DNA from: an uncultured Fidelibacterota bacterium
GTDB lineage: Bacteria; Fidelibacterota; UBA8477; JABMPR01
Assembly (NCBI GenBank): GCA_937888365.1
Contig: CALBFA010000104.1
Location: forward strand, 3,649 to 67,648
Direction: 5' to 3'
Length of the DNA stretch: 64,000 nucleotides
Made by a program: the position numbers and the translations under genes. Under the pieces are notes generated by a model that ran no database searches, was not told where the DNA came from, and saw only the letters and a list, made by a program, of their open reading frames with translations. Below are positions 1 to 9,382 of the stretch, in pieces; the first letter of the stretch is position 1; the number at the start of each line of letters is the position of its first letter.

Positions 1-74
1 AGGAAGAACAATTAATAATATGAGGCCTAATTTCTTAATTTCGGAATAACCTAATATATATCTGTCGAGTGTTG

Positions 75-1394
75 CTAGTTTTTATCTCGAAAAAAGAGAC
101 GTATTTGAACGCCAAAGAAATCAAAGGTTTCACGAAGTCGATTTTCCAAATATCGCTTGTAAGCTTCCGTAATAGAGGTCGGATGGTTGCAATAAAACAC
201 AAATACTGGAGGTTGAATTGCCACTTGTGTGACATAATTTATTTTCACTTCATATCCGCTAATCGCTGGTGGATGATAACGACCGATACTGCCTTCTAAC
301 CATGTATTTAGTTTGCGGGTCGCAATTTTTTGTTGGCGTTTACCATGAATTTCTTTGACCAAATCGACAATTTTAAAAATACGTTGTTTCGACAGAGCAG
401 AGACAAAAATTATGGGATAATTTTTTAACGTATCCATATCATAGACGATCTCATCTTCAAATCGTTTCGTTGATTTGGAGTCTTTTTCAATGAGATCCCA
501 TTTATTAACGGCGATGATGAGACCTTTATTCGCCTCCAGAATATCCGTTGCCAATTTGGCATCTTGACGATTAAAATTCTCAGTAGCATCCACTACCAAG
601 ACGACGACATCAGCGGCGGTTATGGCGTGTTGCGTACGAACAGTGCTATAAAATTCGGGTGAATTATCAACCTTAGTTCTTTTCCGAAGCCCCGCTGTGT
701 CAACCATTTCATAGTCTTCGTCATAATATCTAAATTTACTATTAATAGAATCACGCGTAGTACCTGGGACATCCGTTACTATTTGTTTTTCGATACCAAG
801 CAATGCATTTGTTAAGGAAGATTTTCCTGCATTAGGTCGACCCACTAAGGCAAATTTAATAACAGGACCAACTTCTTCCATCGGTGGAAGTTGGTCGAGA
901 CTTTTTACAATTTCGTCTAAGAAATCACCCACTCGTCGGCCATTTAATGCAGAAAGTGGATGTACTTCGCCCATTCCGAGACCATAGAATACACCTGATT
1001 CACCGACCATCATCTCATTATCAATTTTATTTGATGCCAAAATGAATGGCTTTTTAGAGCGTTTTACAACTCGGGCTAATGCTTCGTCCTCTTTTGTGAT
1101 ACCTGTTGTTGCATCCACTAAAAAAATGATAAAGTCTGCAGAATCTATGGCACTTAAGGATGCGGCTTTAACCGCTTGGTCGATTAAATCTTTGCTTTGA
1201 GGAATGTACCCTCCTGTATCCTCAATCAAAAAACGATACCCAACCCATTCGGCTTCAAATGACATACGATCACGCGTGATACCTTCGGTTTCGTGAACAA
1301 TCGCTTTTCTATGACCAACAATTCGATTAAAAAGTGTTGATTTTCCAACGTTGGGTCGTCCAACAATTGATATTACGGGGAGTTTTATACCCAT
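75..1394 (-). CDS. der: Ribosome-associated GTPase Der/EngA (two tandem GTP-binding domains plus KH-like C-terminus)
   Basis: Two G1 P-loops are present (GRPNVGKST and GRPNAGKSS) along with DTGG/DTAG and NKxD motifs. The domain order is typical of EngA. Confidence 0.9.
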   Translation of the reverse strand: MGIKLPVISIVGRPNVGKSTLFNRIVGHRKAIVHETEGITRDRMSFEAEWVGYRFLIEDTGGYIPQSKDLIDQAVKAASLSAIDSADFIIFLVDATTGITKEDEALARVVKRSKKPFILASNKIDNEMMVGESGVFYGLGMGEVHPLSALNGRRVGDFLDEIVKSLDQLPPMEEVGPVIKFALVGRPNAGKSSLTNALLGIEKQIVTDVPGTTRDSINSKFRYYDEDYEMVDTAGLRKRTKVDNSPEFYSTVRTQHAITAADVVVLVVDATENFNRQDAKLATDILEANKGLIIAVNKWDLIEKDSKSTKRFEDEIVYDMDTLKNYPIIFVSALSKQRIFKIVDLVKEIHGKRQQKIATRKLNTWLEGSIGRYHPPAISGYEVKINYVTQVAIQPPVFVFYCNHPTSITEAYKRYLENRLRETFDFFGVQIRLFFRDKN

Positions 1395-2668
1395 TTTTCT
1401 AATGTCTCCAATAAATCTTCTTCATGTTTAAAAACGGGTACGCCTAATTGCATTTCCATGTCTTTAATTGTTAAATCGTCCAATGTGATGTCGTCATCGT
1501 TGAACATACGCTGCGAAACGTAAACCGCATCACCTAAATCTTTATTATTTAATCCATTTATGATGTCTGAAGCCGAGAGCAAACCTGTGACAGTCACTAG
1601 ATCTGCGCCGAGCCTTTCATTAGCGATAGGAATCAATTCCCAAGCTAGGTTTTCAATTTTATCTAAAGCTGGACCAATGGTTTTCATCAGAAAATCAAAG
1701 GGTAATTTGCCTGTTGTAAAAGTAAGTTTTGTGGGTCGCTTTAGTTTTTTTGGTAAGTTTGCTGATGTCTCAAAAAATCGGTTCGCAAAATCACGACATT
1801 GTCCAACACCATTTTCGACCATTAAAAATTCGTCATAATAATCTGCTTCGGGAATATCGATTCCCGCACGGATAAACCATTCGTCGCTTAGATAAATAAA
1901 GCGATGACCGTCTTGACGAACATATTTTGTGTCCCATTCATTTGCCAATTCTATCATGTTTTTAGCATAGCCATCAGTAATTGGTTTTAGAAATTCTTGA
2001 TTCTCACGCCATTTTGTTAAACCAATCGGGACGACGCTTACAGTTTCAATATGGGGTTGAAAAGAGAATAAATCTTCTAAGGTTTGAGTGAGTAATTCAC
2101 CATCATTCCAATTTGGCGTTACGACAATTTGTGTATGCAGCACGATGCCGTTTGACGTTAGATAATTGAGTTTATCCAGAAAATGATCATCTTTGCCAAA
2201 GAGTAAATATTTTTTTCGAGCTTCAACATTTGTGACATGGGCAGAGACATAAAGAGGCGAGAGTCTTTGCTCAACGACGCGTGCGAGCTGACGTTTACCC
2301 ATATTTGTAAGCGTTACATAGTGTCCATGCAAAAAGCTAAAACGATAATCGCCATCTTTAAAATTTAAGGATTCTCGAACACCTGGTGGATTTTGTTTGG
2401 CAAAACAAAAAACACAATCATTTGCGCAAGCGCGAATTTTCATAGGTGTAAACGTTAAACCCAAATCTTCTTCAGGATATTTTTCAATTGTTGTCGTTAA
2501 AAGTTCGCCATTGACTCGATATACAAGCTCAATTATTTCTTCAGCGACATAGAATTGATAGTCCAGTTCGTCGTTAAGTGTATGCCCATTTATCGACAAT
2601 ATTACGTCACCGATTTTTAAATCGATATCGCTTGCGTAACTATCGGGTTCTATGGCAGTAATAATCAT
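1385..2668 (-). CDS. DUF512-family protein with an N-terminal PDZ-like domain and a radical-SAM-like CxxxCxxC motif
   Basis: A CANDCVFC cysteine triad follows a PDZ-like N-terminus. The gene overlaps der by a few bp, matching the conserved der-DUF512 pair. Confidence 0.7.
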   Translation of the reverse strand: MIITAIEPDSYASDIDLKIGDVILSINGHTLNDELDYQFYVAEEIIELVYRVNGELLTTTIEKYPEEDLGLTFTPMKIRACANDCVFCFAKQNPPGVRESLNFKDGDYRFSFLHGHYVTLTNMGKRQLARVVEQRLSPLYVSAHVTNVEARKKYLLFGKDDHFLDKLNYLTSNGIVLHTQIVVTPNWNDGELLTQTLEDLFSFQPHIETVSVVPIGLTKWRENQEFLKPITDGYAKNMIELANEWDTKYVRQDGHRFIYLSDEWFIRAGIDIPEADYYDEFLMVENGVGQCRDFANRFFETSANLPKKLKRPTKLTFTTGKLPFDFLMKTIGPALDKIENLAWELIPIANERLGADLVTVTGLLSASDIINGLNNKDLGDAVYVSQRMFNDDDITLDDLTIKDMEMQLGVPVFKHEEDLLETLEKWV

Positions 2669-2971
2669 CCGGCGAATGTAATTTTATTACTTCATTGACA
2701 AAGTTAAAGTATTGCTATTTAAGCTCTAGTTTATGATGAATTTCAATTAAATTCAATTACTAAAGCCAAGTATTTTATTAAGCGTAATTCTAATAGGGGT
2801 GAAAAATTTGCTATTAGACCAATTTGTAGTTGTATTTTCAGTTCACTAAAGAAATTAATATTTTTATAGTTCTTAATCTGATATTAAAACAATTTAATAT
2901 GACACAGACTTTTCATAATCTTTTGATGGCATTATTTCTATTTCCATTTAGTTTTTGCGCTAGAAAAAGGA

Positions 2972-4285
2972 ATGAAAATGAATCAAGATATATTTGCAAA
3001 AAGACGTAAAAAACTACTAAAAGAACTTGGTAAAGGTGTGGCAATATTGAAGTCACCTCCGTCTCAAACACGGAGTAATGATACAGAATACAATTATCGC
3101 ATCGATAGTGATATCTATTATTTGACTGGATATAAGAATGCTGGCTCCGCCTTTATCATAAATCCCAATGACAAAGAAAATGTATATACCATGTTTGTAT
3201 TACCTAAAGATCCAGAACGTGAAACCTGGGTCGGCCGGCGATTGACATTTGATCAAAACATTGAAAAGTATGGCGCTAATAAATGTTTAAGTATTGATGA
3301 TTTTGAAAAGGCTGCCACTGAAGCCATGAAAACGGCCGATACGATTTACATTAATATGAATCATGACACATCGAATCGTCACAAAATGATGGATATGTTT
3401 CAAAACGTGAAGAATATTGTACAACGCGAAGGTGATGGTCCTTTACGCATCGAAGCATTATCTTCGATTACGAGTGAGATGCGATTAATTAAAGATGCAG
3501 TCGAAATTGAAGCGATTCAAAAAGCATCAGACATCTCAGCAGAAGCCCATGTGTTAGCGATGAAAAATTGTAAACCGGGGAAATCTGAATACCAGCTCCA
3601 AGGCATCATGGAAGGATATTTTCTACAAAATGGCTGTAAATCCGTCGCTTATGGGTCAATCGTTGGTGGTGGAGAAAATGCAACAGTATTGCATTACGAA
3701 AACAATGATTCGGAGATTAAAAACAACGATCTTATCCTTATTGATGCGGCTTGTGAATATGATATGTATGCTTCAGATATAACGCGAACTTTCCCTGCAA
3801 ATGGAAAGTTTACAGATGTTCAGCGCGCACTGTATCAAGTGGTATTGGATGCACAAAACGCAACCATTGCGGCATGCAAACCAGGCATCACATTTGAAGA
3901 ACTACATGCGATAGATTTGAAAATACTTGTGGAGGGGATGGTTGGGGTTGGTCTTCTAAAAGGCAAGGTAAAAGACATCATAAAAGACGAAACTTATAAA
4001 CCATATTTTATGCACAAAACGGGGCATTGGATGGGTTTAGACGTACATGATGTTGGGAATTATAAAAAGAAAGGTAAAAGTCGTCCCCTTGAAGAAGGTA
4101 TGGTTTTTACGGTTGAACCTGGAATTTATGTTTCTCAGGAAACCGACGCACCCAATAAATATAAAGGGATTGGAATTCGGATTGAGGATAATATTTTAAT
4201 TACTAAAGAAGGGCATCATAATTTTACACGGTTAGTTCCGAAGGAAATAAATGATATAGAGATGCTTATGGGAGAATCAAAATAA
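2972..4285 (+). CDS. pepP: Xaa-Pro aminopeptidase (M24B family, AMP_N + peptidase M24 domains)
   Basis: An HKTGHWMGLDVHDVG-type metal-binding region sits after an AMP_N-like N-terminal domain, with the C-terminal motifs of M24B. Confidence 0.85.
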   Translation: MKMNQDIFAKRRKKLLKELGKGVAILKSPPSQTRSNDTEYNYRIDSDIYYLTGYKNAGSAFIINPNDKENVYTMFVLPKDPERETWVGRRLTFDQNIEKYGANKCLSIDDFEKAATEAMKTADTIYINMNHDTSNRHKMMDMFQNVKNIVQREGDGPLRIEALSSITSEMRLIKDAVEIEAIQKASDISAEAHVLAMKNCKPGKSEYQLQGIMEGYFLQNGCKSVAYGSIVGGGENATVLHYENNDSEIKNNDLILIDAACEYDMYASDITRTFPANGKFTDVQRALYQVVLDAQNATIAACKPGITFEELHAIDLKILVEGMVGVGLLKGKVKDIIKDETYKPYFMHKTGHWMGLDVHDVGNYKKKGKSRPLEEGMVFTVEPGIYVSQETDAPNKYKGIGIRIEDNILITKEGHHNFTRLVPKEINDIEMLMGESK

Positions 4286-5409
4286 TGAATAATCGACTGG
4301 TAAAACTTGTTTCGATGACAACGCTTATACTTTTTGTATTGGGTTGTCAAAGCGAGATTTTTGCAAAAACCGAAAAAGGTAAATTTTATATATTTTTAGG
4401 GGCAAGCAATAACGGTGAAATTGGACCCTGTGGCTGAAAAAACAAGCCACTTGGCGGATTCGCCCGGAAAAAAACTGTTCTAGATCAGTATAAAAACCTA
4501 GACGAACTTCCAACAACATTTATAGATGCTGGAGATTTATTCTTTAAGACTGCAGGCTTGCCTCAGTCTAAAAAAGAAGGTTTAGAAGCAAAAGCTGAAA
4601 CCATTTTAAATATTTATAATCAATTTGATTGTGAAGTACTAAACGTTGGCACCAATGATATGGCCAATGGAATGGCATACTTATTGGCGCTGGAAGGCAA
4701 AGCAAAATTTCGATTTATTTCAGCGAATATTGCTGACAGAAAATCAGGAAAACTTGTATTTAAACCTTATGAAATTATAAATATTGCTGGAAGAAAAATT
4801 GGAGTTATTGGTGTTACTGGAGGCAATCCAAATGTTGAGGAAGTCCAATTTTTAGATGTCGTCGAAAGCATTAATGGCATTGTACCTGAGTTGAAGAAAA
4901 AAACTGATTTGACGATTCTTCTTGCCAACGTTGGTGAAATGGATCTTAAAAAGATTGCTCAACAATGTGAGGACATTGATTTTGTTGTTCGTTCCAGAAG
5001 TTCACAAGTTTTATCAACACCACAAAAGACGGGAAAAACACGTATTATTCAGATGGGATATCAAGGTAAATATGCTGGAATTGTTTATGTTAATATGCAA
5101 GATAAAGGCAGCTATTTACGTGACTTAACGCCTGAGCATAATCAATCATCATTCGTAAATGAACGACTAGAAAGATTACTTGAAAAAGTACCCGAAAATA
5201 TGGAACCTGAAGATTATTATAAAGAAACGCCTTCTCGCTTAGATTTATTAAAATCGTTAAAGAAAGAGTTAATCGAAAAGGCGCAAACTATAGAAAAAAC
5301 AGATAATTATCTCTGGTTTGCCAAAATAGCACTTGATAAAACTATTGAAGATGATACTGCTATTTTGGAGCAAATAAAGCCACTAGAAAAAAAATATGGG
5401 TACAAGTAA
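4286..5409 (+). pseudogene. 5'-nucleotidase/metallophosphoesterase-like lipoprotein, frameshifted near 4420-4438, with degenerate catalytic motifs
   Basis: Frame 2 encodes a lipoprotein signal peptide (MNNRLVKLVSMTTLILFVLGC) followed by YIFLGASNNGEIGPCG and a stop. Frame 1 opens at 4420 with LGGFARKKTVLDQYK...FIDAGDLF...GTNDMANG...FRFISANIADRKSGKLVFKPYEIINIAGRKIGVIGVTG. This aligns with UshA-type motifs (GGLAR, LLDAGD, GNHEFD, FLSANV, PY-I-NG-KIGVIG), but the metal-binding His and Asp residues are replaced. Confidence 0.5.
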
Positions 5410-5463
5410 TTTAATATTTGCACAATTTTAAATAGCTGTTATAATGTGCCCGCTTTTCAAAAT

Positions 5464-5536
5464 GCGAGAGTAGCTCAGCTGGTAGAGCACCACGTTGCCA
5501 ACGTGGATGTCGCGAGTTCGAACCTCGTCTCTCGCT
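5464..5536 (+). tRNA. tRNA-Gly (anticodon GCC)
   Basis: The sequence folds as a cloverleaf by hand: acceptor GCGAGAG/CTCTCGC, D-arm GCTC..GAGC, anticodon stem CCACG/CGTGG with loop TTGCCAA (anticodon GCC), and T-arm GCGAG-TTCGAAC-CTCGT. It is 73 nt with no encoded CCA. Confidence 0.9.
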
Positions 5537-5544
5537 CACTATTG

Positions 5545-5570
5545 AGTCCAGTTTTACTGGACTTTTATTT
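5545..5570 (+). terminator. Rho-independent terminator downstream of tRNA-Gly
   Basis: A 7-bp stem (AGTCCAG-TTTTA-CTGGACT) is followed by TTTATTT. Confidence 0.6.
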
Positions 5571-5746
5571 ACCTTATTTTTTACATGCTACTCCTTTTTA
5601 TGTCAATAATACATGTGTATTTAAATTATTAGTACCTTGAAATAAAACAGAAATTCAATCTTTGGAAATTTCATTAAGTTTAAAGTGTTATGTTGAATTA
5701 ATGTATAATTCAGCTAAGTTCTTGGCGACAATAAAAAGGAGCTGTA

Positions 5747-6400
5747 ATGCATAAGTTATATAAATCAAATCAGAACAAAATATTTGATGGTGTTTGTGGG
5801 GGATTAGGTGAATATTTTAACATTGATCCCGTTATTATTCGTTTGCTATGGGTGTTACTCATTATTTTTGGAGGAACTGGGATTCTAGCATACGTCATCG
5901 CTATGATTATTTTACCAAAAGACGTAGCAACAATCAATGAGGATGGTAATCAGAATCATGAAACGAATCCACGCTTTTCAAACGGTTTTTGGGGAGGACT
6001 TCTCATTGTTGTCGGTGGATTAACGCTCATACGAGTGATTGATCCAATATTTTCATTGTTTGGCAGTTTTATGGTAAGCAATATTTGGGCTATGGTATTA
6101 GTCGGGCTTGGGATTTATCTTATTTTTCAAAAATCGGAGAATAAAGGTGATTTTAAAAAAGCTTTTGATAATCTCGCTCCTGGGAAAAAACTTTATAAAA
6201 GTATTACAGATAAACAAATTGCAGGCGTATGTGCAGGTGTAGGTGAATATTTAAATCTAGATTCTAATATTATTAGGCTTATGTGGGTGATGGCAACTCT
6301 TGCATCAATGAGTTTTGGAATACTTGGGTACATATTGTTGGCAATGTTTTTGCCGACATTTCCTTCAACAGATTCTGAATCTACAGAAAAAATTGATTAA
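5747..6400 (+). CDS. Membrane protein with two tandem PspC domains (phage-shock protein C family)
   Basis: Two repeats of the PspC signature occur (GVCGGLGEYFNIDPVIIRLLWV and GVCAGVGEYLNLDSNIIRLMWV), each followed by a TM helix. Confidence 0.75.
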   Translation: MHKLYKSNQNKIFDGVCGGLGEYFNIDPVIIRLLWVLLIIFGGTGILAYVIAMIILPKDVATINEDGNQNHETNPRFSNGFWGGLLIVVGGLTLIRVIDPIFSLFGSFMVSNIWAMVLVGLGIYLIFQKSENKGDFKKAFDNLAPGKKLYKSITDKQIAGVCAGVGEYLNLDSNIIRLMWVMATLASMSFGILGYILLAMFLPTFPSTDSESTEKID

Positions 6401-6446
6401 ATTTATTCTAATTCACATTTGAAAATATTTACATAAAACGAGAGGC

Positions 6447-8033
6447 ATGATGCCTAAATTTAGAAATATTGTCTTCTACATAATCTTTGTTTCATTTGCA
6501 TTTGCGCAACAAACAAAATGGGAGAGTGGCGTTTTTACGACCTTTCCGTCTCTCATGTATATTAATCACATTTATGCTGATACCTGGCAATCATATATCG
6601 CGCTAAATGACAGAGTCATGATTTTAGATACCGAGTTTATAAATCAAGAATCTATTTATGCTGTTCCTAAAAATCGTTCACTATCTGATGGCCCTATTCT
6701 TATGGTGTGGGGAAGCGATATCAATAAGATATTGTGGATGGTAACGCCTCAAATGATACACTTATTACACTATGATATCGATGCCATTACTTCTGAATAT
6801 TTGAGTGAACCCATCGAGAGAGATAAACTTTCGTTGGCCCTTCGACAATCGTCAATAACTATTTTACAGGGCGAGGAAGAATTACAAAGTTTTGACCTTT
6901 TGACAGGCGGTATCATTCAAAAAGATGAATCCGAAATATTGGAATACGTTGTACAGAAGGATCCACGTTTAAAATCTCAAAATCTTGCGATGGAGGTTAC
7001 GGGAGATATTGATTATCCGAATTGGATTGAGAATAATCAATACAATTATTCCGATTTGTTCCCAATTAGTTCAGGTTGGATGGGTCCAAACGGAAATGTC
7101 ATTTTGGGTACATTCGGTGGAGGATTATATATCAATTCATCTCCGAATGAACGACTTCATAGTTTGAGTATGGGTCCACTCGATCCTTATACACTTTGTC
7201 TTTACCAAGACAATAATAAACTATTAATTGGCAGTAGTTTAGGACTCACATCTTACGAAGGAAGTGAATATAAGTATCGCTTTTCTAGCTCCTTTATTTC
7301 AGATAATTTGAATCGAGTCTCTGCTATTACGAGCAACGATAAATACACATGGGTTGCGGCAAAAGGTGGCGTATTTAGGCTCGATAAATCAAGCAATAGC
7401 TACAAAAAAGCAGTTGATTCTCAATTAATGGAATCCGATAGGATTTATGCCCTTGATATTCAAGAACATCGTCTCGCAATTGCTGGTGCTAAAAATGCTT
7501 TTGTAAAAGTAGGAAATACACCACTACAAAAATTATTTAAAGAAAATACATCCCGCGCAATTTTTGAAATTAGATTTTATAACGACTTCATTATTACGGT
7601 AGGAGAATACGGTTTGAATTTATTTGATGCCTATACTTATCAGCCTTTATCCACGGCATCATTATTTGAAAGTTTCCCCGAAAAAGATGAATTATCGCAA
7701 CCAATTTATAATATAGAAATTAAAGATGATTGGATTTGGATGACATCAAATAAAGGCATAATGGGATACAATTTAGTCGATAAAGTTTGGAAAATATTCG
7801 AAACAAATTCACAAGAATTAAAACCAACGGGATTGTCTGTTTCAAATAATATAATTTGGATTGGGACACCCTTAGGACTTGCCAGTTTTAACTATGAAAC
7901 GATTGTTTGGGAAACTTATACGTTAAATGACGGCTTAATTTCAAATTTTATTACAGACGTGCTAGTGGATGAAAATTACGTTTGGGTCGCAACGGATCGG
8001 GGTCTCACGAGGGTGAACTGGAGAAAACTTTAA
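6447..8033 (+). CDS. Secreted beta-propeller protein (two-component-regulator-propeller-like repeats), function unknown
   Basis: A signal peptide is followed by C-terminal repeats of the WIGT..GL..F/VWVAT.RGL type, as seen in Reg_prop/Y_Y_Y sensor domains. Confidence 0.5.
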   Translation: MMPKFRNIVFYIIFVSFAFAQQTKWESGVFTTFPSLMYINHIYADTWQSYIALNDRVMILDTEFINQESIYAVPKNRSLSDGPILMVWGSDINKILWMVTPQMIHLLHYDIDAITSEYLSEPIERDKLSLALRQSSITILQGEEELQSFDLLTGGIIQKDESEILEYVVQKDPRLKSQNLAMEVTGDIDYPNWIENNQYNYSDLFPISSGWMGPNGNVILGTFGGGLYINSSPNERLHSLSMGPLDPYTLCLYQDNNKLLIGSSLGLTSYEGSEYKYRFSSSFISDNLNRVSAITSNDKYTWVAAKGGVFRLDKSSNSYKKAVDSQLMESDRIYALDIQEHRLAIAGAKNAFVKVGNTPLQKLFKENTSRAIFEIRFYNDFIITVGEYGLNLFDAYTYQPLSTASLFESFPEKDELSQPIYNIEIKDDWIWMTSNKGIMGYNLVDKVWKIFETNSQELKPTGLSVSNNIIWIGTPLGLASFNYETIVWETYTLNDGLISNFITDVLVDENYVWVATDRGLTRVNWRKL

Positions 8034-9295
8034 TGAATCAAAACTTTAAATTGATTATATTTTTCCTTTCGCTTTTTTGGGTCTTCGCTTGTACGCCACA
8101 ACATTATAATCCCGACGATTTACCACCCTTAAAATACTCGTTTTCTACAATCGTTAAACCTTTAGAGTCAAAAGAATTGATGGTCGTCGAAGTCTTTGTT
8201 CGTGTTCCAAAGAGCGAATTACAATTTATCCGAACAAAAAGGGTCTATACTGCACATCTTGAGTTAGATGTGAATTTATTGAATAAAAGCAATGAGCGAA
8301 TAACTGGTAAGATTGTCGATGAATTTACAGAACAAAAAGATTACAAAGCAGATTCCAATGAAGAGTCTTTTGTCTTTTCTCAATTCCATTTTGAAATCAA
8401 ACCTCAGGAAATTAATGTTAATGTTCGTTTGACAGATATTGAAACGAAGCGCACGCATGTTTTAGCACAAAAAGCAGACTACACAAAATTTTATAATCAA
8501 AATCTTGTGCTGGGGAGTTGTTTAGTGCTCATTAATAATGATTCAGCTCTTAACATAAAAAAAATTAATTTTAGAAGACACGTTTCGGATGCGTCTGACT
8601 CTATTTATTTTATGCTCCCAATCATGGGGATTGGTGGTCCTTTTGACATTACTGCTGATATTTTAAAAGACCAAAAAACGTTTGAAACGAAATCATGGAC
8701 TCTCAACGCAAATACAGTGGATACATTATTGATGCTATCCATGCCTTTAAATAACCTCGTGTATGATCATTATAATTTGGTTATAAGAGCAAGCAATAGT
8801 ACCAATGAATCAGTCGGCTCTGAGAGTAGTTTTTTCTACAAATTAAAAGGGGTTTCATTTAATGTGGGCAATATTGATGAAGCTATAAAACAACTTCTTT
8901 ATATTGCAGATCGAAAATCAATTGAAGAAATGCTTGTTTTAAATGGTGATGCAAAACGGAAAGCATTTAGCGCATTTTGGAAAAAGAATGACCCAACTCC
9001 TGATACTTTAGATAATGAGTTAATGGAAGAATATTACCGTCGAGTTGCATTCGCTATTGGAAAATTTTCTTATGCACGGAATGGCTGGAATACGGACATG
9101 GGAATGATTTATATACTGTTTGGATCACCTGATGAAATTGTAAGAGCACCGGTTGAAATGAATCAATATCCGAATGAAACGTGGTATTATTATCAACATG
9201 ATCGTCATTTCTTATTTGTTGACCGCACTGGGTTTGGAGACTATAGACTTCTATCAAGTTTAAATGAATTTGGCGACTGGAGTTTCCATTATTAA
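8033..9295 (+). CDS. GWxTD domain-containing lipoprotein
   Basis: The C-terminal motif NGWNTDMGMIYILFGSPDEI matches the GWxTD domain. An N-terminal lipoprotein signal (FWVFAC) is present and the start overlaps the upstream stop as TAATG. Confidence 0.75.
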   Translation: MNQNFKLIIFFLSLFWVFACTPQHYNPDDLPPLKYSFSTIVKPLESKELMVVEVFVRVPKSELQFIRTKRVYTAHLELDVNLLNKSNERITGKIVDEFTEQKDYKADSNEESFVFSQFHFEIKPQEINVNVRLTDIETKRTHVLAQKADYTKFYNQNLVLGSCLVLINNDSALNIKKINFRRHVSDASDSIYFMLPIMGIGGPFDITADILKDQKTFETKSWTLNANTVDTLLMLSMPLNNLVYDHYNLVIRASNSTNESVGSESSFFYKLKGVSFNVGNIDEAIKQLLYIADRKSIEEMLVLNGDAKRKAFSAFWKKNDPTPDTLDNELMEEYYRRVAFAIGKFSYARNGWNTDMGMIYILFGSPDEIVRAPVEMNQYPNETWYYYQHDRHFLFVDRTGFGDYRLLSSLNEFGDWSFHY

Positions 9296-9382
9296 TCAAA
9301 ATTTTTGATTAAAAAAATAAAAACTCTTATTATGAAAAACATACGACCCGAATACACTTTACATAATGATTAAAGGAAACAA

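Noticed and set aside
4430-4483. A possible selenocysteine (TGA) read-through giving GPCG-U-KTSHLADSPGKKLF
   Set aside because: The read-through frame terminates after 15 codons, and no SECIS-like hairpin follows. The homology-supported continuation is in a different frame, so a frameshift is the better explanation.
5446-5640. A 64-aa ORF on the + strand
   Set aside because: It overlaps the tRNA-Gly gene and its terminator hairpin, so it is an artefact of the structured RNA region.
7982-8032. An N-terminal extension of the GWxTD ORF starting at 7982
   Set aside because: The extension overlaps the end of the preceding gene in another frame. The ATG at 8033 is followed by a proper lipoprotein signal peptide and overlaps the upstream stop as TAATG.
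9296-9382. An AT-only palindrome (AATCAAAATTTTTGATT) after the GWxTD gene as a terminator
   Set aside because: An A/T-only stem is too weak to call a terminator. It may simply be low-complexity AT-rich spacer.
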